Positions 59,894 to 64,000 of a DNA stretch of 64,000 nucleotides are shown piece by piece. A program made the position numbers and the translations under genes. The notes under the pieces are model-generated. The model was not told the origin of the DNA, made no database searches, and saw only the letters and a list, made by a program, of their open reading frames with translations. Each line of letters starts with the position of its first letter. Position 1 is the first letter of the stretch. Location of the stretch: positions 57,404 through 121,403 of the forward strand of contig JBCBUK010000013.1 of NCBI GenBank assembly GCA_039818205.1, written 5' to 3'. The DNA comes from Verrucomicrobiota bacterium. GTDB taxonomy: Bacteria; Verrucomicrobiota; Verrucomicrobiia; Opitutales; Cerasicoccaceae.

Positions 59894-60969
59894 AGTTTAA
59901 GTGCCCAGCCAAAGACTTGAAAGAGGCGCTTGCTACTGTAGGCGGCGTGATCAATGAGCGGGCCAGCCTGGCGGCTCTAACCTGCGTTCGTATTGATGCT
60001 AAGCAAGACTCACTAGTCCTTACTGGCAGCAGCCTAAACCTAAACATTCGGCACGAGTTAAAATGCAATGTTGAGCGAGCGGGATCTATCGGCTTGCCAT
60101 TCAAAAAGCTAATGAGCGTAGCCACACGCTTGGGCAACTCGGACCTCGATGTATCTGCGATCAATCCCGACCAAGCAAGGTTAGTATCTGGAGACTTCAA
60201 CTACACGATGACGGGCTTTCGATTCGAGGATATGCCAGAGACGATCGCCCTTGAGCGAGAGTATCAATGCGAGGTTGAATCAATTTGGCTACGCAATGCC
60301 CTTCGTTTTGTCCGCCCTGCCGAATGTCGAAACGAGTCATTAGACAACAAGTTTGGAATCAATTTTCTTTTCCAGGATGAGACCTTAGAGATTGCAGCCA
60401 CCAACGGCCACCAGTTTGCCAAGGCGAACATTCAGTTAACTGGGGATGTTCCAAAGGGTCTAAAATTCTTTCTACCTCCAGCAACCGCGGATCAGCTGCG
60501 CAAAATTGAAGGCGATGGGGATCTAGTGTCCGTGACTTGGTGCAAATCAAGCGTTCACTTTAATCTAGGTTCTACCGAAGTTTTTTCGAAACTCAAAGAG
60601 GCGAAATTTCCAGCGTATGAATCACTTATTTATCCGCTGATGCAGCTTGAGCCAGTCGTCGAGCTTGAGCGTGAAGCCCTGAAGGAACGCACAGAACGTG
60701 TAATGATTGGCGGGGAGAAAATGAATCTCAAGTCAACGAATAGCGGGCTCTATCTGCATTGCGCATCAAAAGCAGACGGAGATTGTCGCGATCACCTGCC
60801 AATGACGTGCCCGCAAGAGGCGGAGATCTGCCTTAACCCGGCATACCTGGCGGGCGCTCTAACATCATTCGATGAGGACACCGTTGAGGCCTACATTTCC
60901 GACTCACAACCGTTCATTCTTCGATCAGGGACGAAAGTCCAGATCATAATGGGAATCAGAGTAGCATGA
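59890..60969 (+). CDS. dnaN: Prophage-encoded DNA polymerase III beta sliding clamp homolog
   Basis: 359 aa; MKF.C....L..AL, L.LTGS.L, GINF, IAATNGHQFA, SKL.EAKFPAYE, I.LNPAYL..AL, IIMGIR. Confidence 0.85.
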   Translation: MKFKCPAKDLKEALATVGGVINERASLAALTCVRIDAKQDSLVLTGSSLNLNIRHELKCNVERAGSIGLPFKKLMSVATRLGNSDLDVSAINPDQARLVSGDFNYTMTGFRFEDMPETIALEREYQCEVESIWLRNALRFVRPAECRNESLDNKFGINFLFQDETLEIAATNGHQFAKANIQLTGDVPKGLKFFLPPATADQLRKIEGDGDLVSVTWCKSSVHFNLGSTEVFSKLKEAKFPAYESLIYPLMQLEPVVELEREALKERTERVMIGGEKMNLKSTNSGLYLHCASKADGDCRDHLPMTCPQEAEICLNPAYLAGALTSFDEDTVEAYISDSQPFILRSGTKVQIIMGIRVA

Positions 60970-61199
60970 AAACACCTAGAATTGTTGAGAATCAACATAT
61001 CGGTAAGCGGGCGCTCGTTCGCCATAAGGGCCGATTGATTGAAGGAACCATTGAGGAACTTTCACCATCCGCTGGGCACTTTCGCCACGGCGAGCAGTGG
61101 CTTGATAATGAACCAGGCCAAATCCTTGAAATCCTTCCACCACGTAAGAAGGACGGCAAGCCCACGCGCTTCAGCGTGACCAAGAAAGGAGGAAACTGA
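60966..61199 (+). CDS. Small phage hypothetical protein
   Basis: 77 aa with ATGA overlap, between clamp and ATPase. Confidence 0.6.
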   Translation: MKTPRIVENQHIGKRALVRHKGRLIEGTIEELSPSAGHFRHGEQWLDNEPGQILEILPPRKKDGKPTRFSVTKKGGN

Positions 61200-61201
61200 C
61201 C

Positions 61202-61870
61202 ATGCTTCCCATTGAATTTAAGCCACGTAATCCAACGGACTTCATTGGACAGACCTCATTGATTGCGTCCTTGCTAACTAATCGTTGTAAGGTCATGCGC
61301 CCACACGAGCACGCAAGCTTAAAGGTGCTTCTTTATGGTGAGCCAGGCGTTGGCAAAAGCGAAATCGCCATGATGGCTGCGCGGGTCTTAGTAAGCGGTC
61401 AAAACGCTGATGTTTGCATCGAGAAGCACAACGGGCGCGGCGTTAACCTGGCACGTGTTCAAGACTGGGCCAAGAACTGGCGAGGCACGCTTTGGGATGG
61501 CTGGATAGTCCACGTCATTGACGAGGTTGATCTAGTCACCAGGGAAGCGCAGGACGCTCTATTGACGCTGCTCGATGACATGCCCGGACGGCGTGCCTTT
61601 ATCGGGACCTCTAATCAGGATCTCGAGCAGTTGACGCCACGCTTTCAGACCCGCCTTCAACAGTTTGAGGTTGAGAGGCCAACAGACAGCGAGGTTGCCG
61701 AGTTCTTGCGTAAGCACTGGGGGCAGTCACTGGATGCAACCGAGATTTCGCAGATCGCAGAAGGCGCGAATGGAAACGTTCGGGCTGCGCTTCTAGACGC
61801 ACAGACTGCTTTCGACTTAAAGGCGATCGAGACAGAACCAGCCAACAAGGAACAAGAGATCTTACTATGA
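61202..61870 (+). CDS. AAA+ ATPase, clamp-loader clade (RFC/DnaX/RarA-like)
   Basis: FKPRNPTDFIGQ (RP...D..GQ box), LLYGEPGVGKS Walker A, IDEVD Walker B, AQDALL, FQTRL, GNVRAAL sensor 2; aggagg RBS. Confidence 0.85.
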   Translation: MLPIEFKPRNPTDFIGQTSLIASLLTNRCKVMRPHEHASLKVLLYGEPGVGKSEIAMMAARVLVSGQNADVCIEKHNGRGVNLARVQDWAKNWRGTLWDGWIVHVIDEVDLVTREAQDALLTLLDDMPGRRAFIGTSNQDLEQLTPRFQTRLQQFEVERPTDSEVAEFLRKHWGQSLDATEISQIAEGANGNVRAALLDAQTAFDLKAIETEPANKEQEILL

Positions 61871-61922
61871 GCAACCAAACACCAACCAAACAAGATAAAC
61901 CAAACGGTTTGCGCCAATTCTG

Positions 61923-62531
61923 ATGCTATCAATTAAAACAGAACAGCTCTCGACGCAGCCTCGGCTTTTTGAAGGGCCGGACCTCATCCGCTTTGATAGC
62001 CTTGCTCAGTCTCGCAACTATTATGGAGACGCGGCGGAAGACATCGCTTGTGCTGCCTTGGGCGCTGTTCGCATGACCATTGATGGTCGCTATGACGTGT
62101 GCTACGACGCCAAGAAGGGTGAAGACTATTTCGAAATCAAAAGCGTCAAGCAAAGCGGCGAATGCCCAATTTGGAATTGGCGTCTAGAGAAGGACATCAA
62201 AACGGGGCTGAGTTTGTTCTATGTCTTTGTTCTGCATAATGTCCGCAAGGCTTCCGATACATTCGAGTTGTGGGAAGGCCTTGCAGAGACTGTCCAGGAA
62301 ATCCTGATAGTTCCCTTGCCGATCGTCAAAGAGCTACACGCCACGAAGCAAACCGAGGGCAACAAGTTCAAGCCAGGAACAAAAGACTTTGGTCATTACC
62401 GAGAGGGCTATTGTGACGGCTATAGGCGCATTAGAATTACGGAGTTTAAAGCGCAACTATCGAGAATTGAGGCACTCGAATTCAACGTGAATGGCTATCA
62501 ATTCAACTTACTAAGCAGAACTCTAATTTAA
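61923..62531 (+). CDS. Putative PD-(D/E)XK restriction-endonuclease-fold protein
   Basis: GDAAEDI...CYDA....YFEIKS motif. Confidence 0.55.
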   Translation: MLSIKTEQLSTQPRLFEGPDLIRFDSLAQSRNYYGDAAEDIACAALGAVRMTIDGRYDVCYDAKKGEDYFEIKSVKQSGECPIWNWRLEKDIKTGLSLFYVFVLHNVRKASDTFELWEGLAETVQEILIVPLPIVKELHATKQTEGNKFKPGTKDFGHYREGYCDGYRRIRITEFKAQLSRIEALEFNVNGYQFNLLSRTLI

Positions 62532-62551
62532 CCAACACCGAGGAACGAATC

Positions 62552-62818
62552 ATGAGCGAAGAAACACTAGATATACTAAACTTTGTCGCCGAGGAGCGCG
62601 CACGCCAGGACGCCAAATGGGGCGGCCCTCAGCACGACGATCAGCATTCCACGGCAGACTTCTGCCGATACATATCCAACTACACCGGCTGGGCTGACCA
62701 AATGGCCGATATGGGATCACCCTTAAAAGCGCGTAGACGCTTGATTCAGGTGGCGGCGCTAGCTGTTGCGGGGGCCGAGTCCATCGAACGTAAACAACGC
62801 AAAAGGGAAGAATCGTGA
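62552..62818 (+). CDS. Phage protein, MazG-like all-alpha NTP pyrophosphohydrolase fold
   Basis: EERARQDAKWG...RRRLIQVAALAVA..ESIER. Confidence 0.55.
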   Translation: MSEETLDILNFVAEERARQDAKWGGPQHDDQHSTADFCRYISNYTGWADQMADMGSPLKARRRLIQVAALAVAGAESIERKQRKREES

Positions 62819-63129
62819 GCGAAAAAACGAAACACACGCCGGGACCGTGGGAATTTGGGCGGATAAGGGACGTGAAGTTTCCCGAATGGTATATCGGGAG
62901 CTCTGCCGCTGATGTTGCGCAGATTTCAATTTTAATGGATGCGAGCCGCACAGACCAAGAGCATATAGCCAACGCTCGCCTGATCGCCGCCGCACCCGAC
63001 CTACTGGAGGCGCTGGAGTGCTTGCTGGCCGACACTTGCCAGGAGGGTTATTACAGCCAAGCCGACAGTGACAGCGTAATAAATGCGAAAGCAGCAATAG
63101 CCAAAGTGAAAGGGGGGCAAGATGGATAA
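62815..63129 (+). CDS. Common phage hypothetical protein
   Basis: KHTPGPW...ANARLIAAAPDLLEAL motif. Confidence 0.75.
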   Translation: MSEKTKHTPGPWEFGRIRDVKFPEWYIGSSAADVAQISILMDASRTDQEHIANARLIAAAPDLLEALECLLADTCQEGYYSQADSDSVINAKAAIAKVKGGQDG

Positions 63130-63790
63130 TAGCAAGGAAAGGCCGATACTGTTCAGCTGCGACATGGTCCGCGCGCTTCTCGAAGGTCGAAAGACGCAGA
63201 CGCGTAGAGTGATCAAGAACGCTGACATGAACCATACATTAGCTTTGGCGCTATATCCACCAGATGGGGAGATAAGGCTCAATGCACTCCGAGAACTCTG
63301 CCCATATGGCCAAAAGGGAGATCGGCTTTGGGTCCGGGAGACGTGGGCAATGCTCTCTTATTGGGCAACCATGGATTGCGTCCACTCCTACCAGAATGAA
63401 GCACCAATCTATCGAGCTGAAGGTCTTGATTGGACCGATGTAACGTGGAAACCTTCAATCCACATGCCGCGCTGGGCGTCTCGTATCCTACTGGAAATCA
63501 CCAACGTGCGGGTAGAGCGTGTTTGCGAGATCAGCGAGGAAGACGCACAAGCAGAAGGTTGCCATAACCGGAGTGATCTCGCTTACGCAACCGGTCATTG
63601 GGGCATGCATCATGACCCTGCAAAGTGGGCAGTCGAGAACGGCCATCGGTATGCCTTTCAAGATCTCTGGGACTCTATCAACGCCAAGGCCGGCAAAGGC
63701 TGGGACGTGAACCCCTGGGTCTGGGTTGTCGAATTCAAAGTGTTAACCCCTTCGCCCAGTGAGGCGGAGAAAATGGAGGGAGCGTTATGA
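63122..63790 (+). CDS. Common phage protein (ASCH/PUA-like)
   Basis: ERPILFS..MVRALLEGRKTQTRR, GDRLWVRETW, WKPSIHMPRWASRILLEIT.VRVER, NPWVWVVEF. Confidence 0.8.
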   Translation: MDNSKERPILFSCDMVRALLEGRKTQTRRVIKNADMNHTLALALYPPDGEIRLNALRELCPYGQKGDRLWVRETWAMLSYWATMDCVHSYQNEAPIYRAEGLDWTDVTWKPSIHMPRWASRILLEITNVRVERVCEISEEDAQAEGCHNRSDLAYATGHWGMHHDPAKWAVENGHRYAFQDLWDSINAKAGKGWDVNPWVWVVEFKVLTPSPSEAEKMEGAL

Positions 63791-64000
63791 GCGACACACC
63801 GAGAACCATTTGCGATCGTGCCCGCGAGGAGATCAATGATCGCAGAGTCTATTCCAACTGCTTACCTCCATCTGAGGCTCAACTTATCCGTTTTCTTGAG
63901 GATTTTCTTTCGCATGTCGAAGGGCTTGAGCGCGAGAACGCCGAGCTGGAAAAGAAGGTTGATATTGCAAAGGAGGCAATAGCCCAGCTCAGCGATGAAC
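63787..64000 (+). CDS. Phage hypothetical protein, truncated by the window end
   Basis: ATGA overlap; MSDTPRT...LERENAEL, open to the end. Confidence 0.6.
   Translation, partial: MSDTPRTICDRAREEINDRRVYSNCLPPSEAQLIRFLEDFLSHVEGLERENAELEKKVDIAKEAIAQLSDE

Larger units (their letters stand above)
49499..64000. mobile_element. Integrated prophage, left arm (continues past the window end)
   Basis: Integrase next to a tRNA, divergent repressor/early operon, excisionase-like HTH, RecE-like nuclease, typical small phage ORFs, visibly more AT-rich than the flank. Confidence 0.9.

Overview
Bacterial chromosome segment, most consistent with Verrucomicrobiota/Opitutales-like gene content (an inference from protein families and style, not a database result). 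Bases 1-49.3 kb are mostly housekeeping and accessory genes: 5' end of dnaE, agmatine deiminase/N-carbamoylputrescine amidase flanking an unknown repeat protein, Gfo/Idh/MocA-lpxB, efp, menB, glnS, msrB, a TolC/MFP/ABC export operon, rsmE, pyrC, purM-like, gcvT/gcvH, thrH, an ActP-type symporter, a thymidine-phosphorylase-like protein, degP, rhomboid, hpf, nhaC and thuA. From tRNA-Pro(GGG) at 49421-49498 to the window end lies the left arm of an integrated prophage. It holds a tyrosine integrase, a cargo block (SGNH esterase, stand-alone receiver, beta-propeller sensor kinase, 39-aa coupled peptide) and an early operon with excisionase-like HTH, RecE-like nuclease, its own beta sliding clamp and a clamp-loader-like AAA+ ATPase. 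Its immunity region is unusual: it is built from ribbon-helix-helix (RHH) proteins, with an RHH-S24 autocleaving repressor opposite two RHH genes and a 20-bp direct repeat. The strongest candidate for an undescribed system is this RHH lysis/lysogeny switch with the adjacent phage-borne sensor kinase/receiver/peptide module. Other oddities are an Arg32-type EF-P, two apparent pseudoenzymes and a REP-like hairpin family. All calls come from motif reading by eye; no searches were run.
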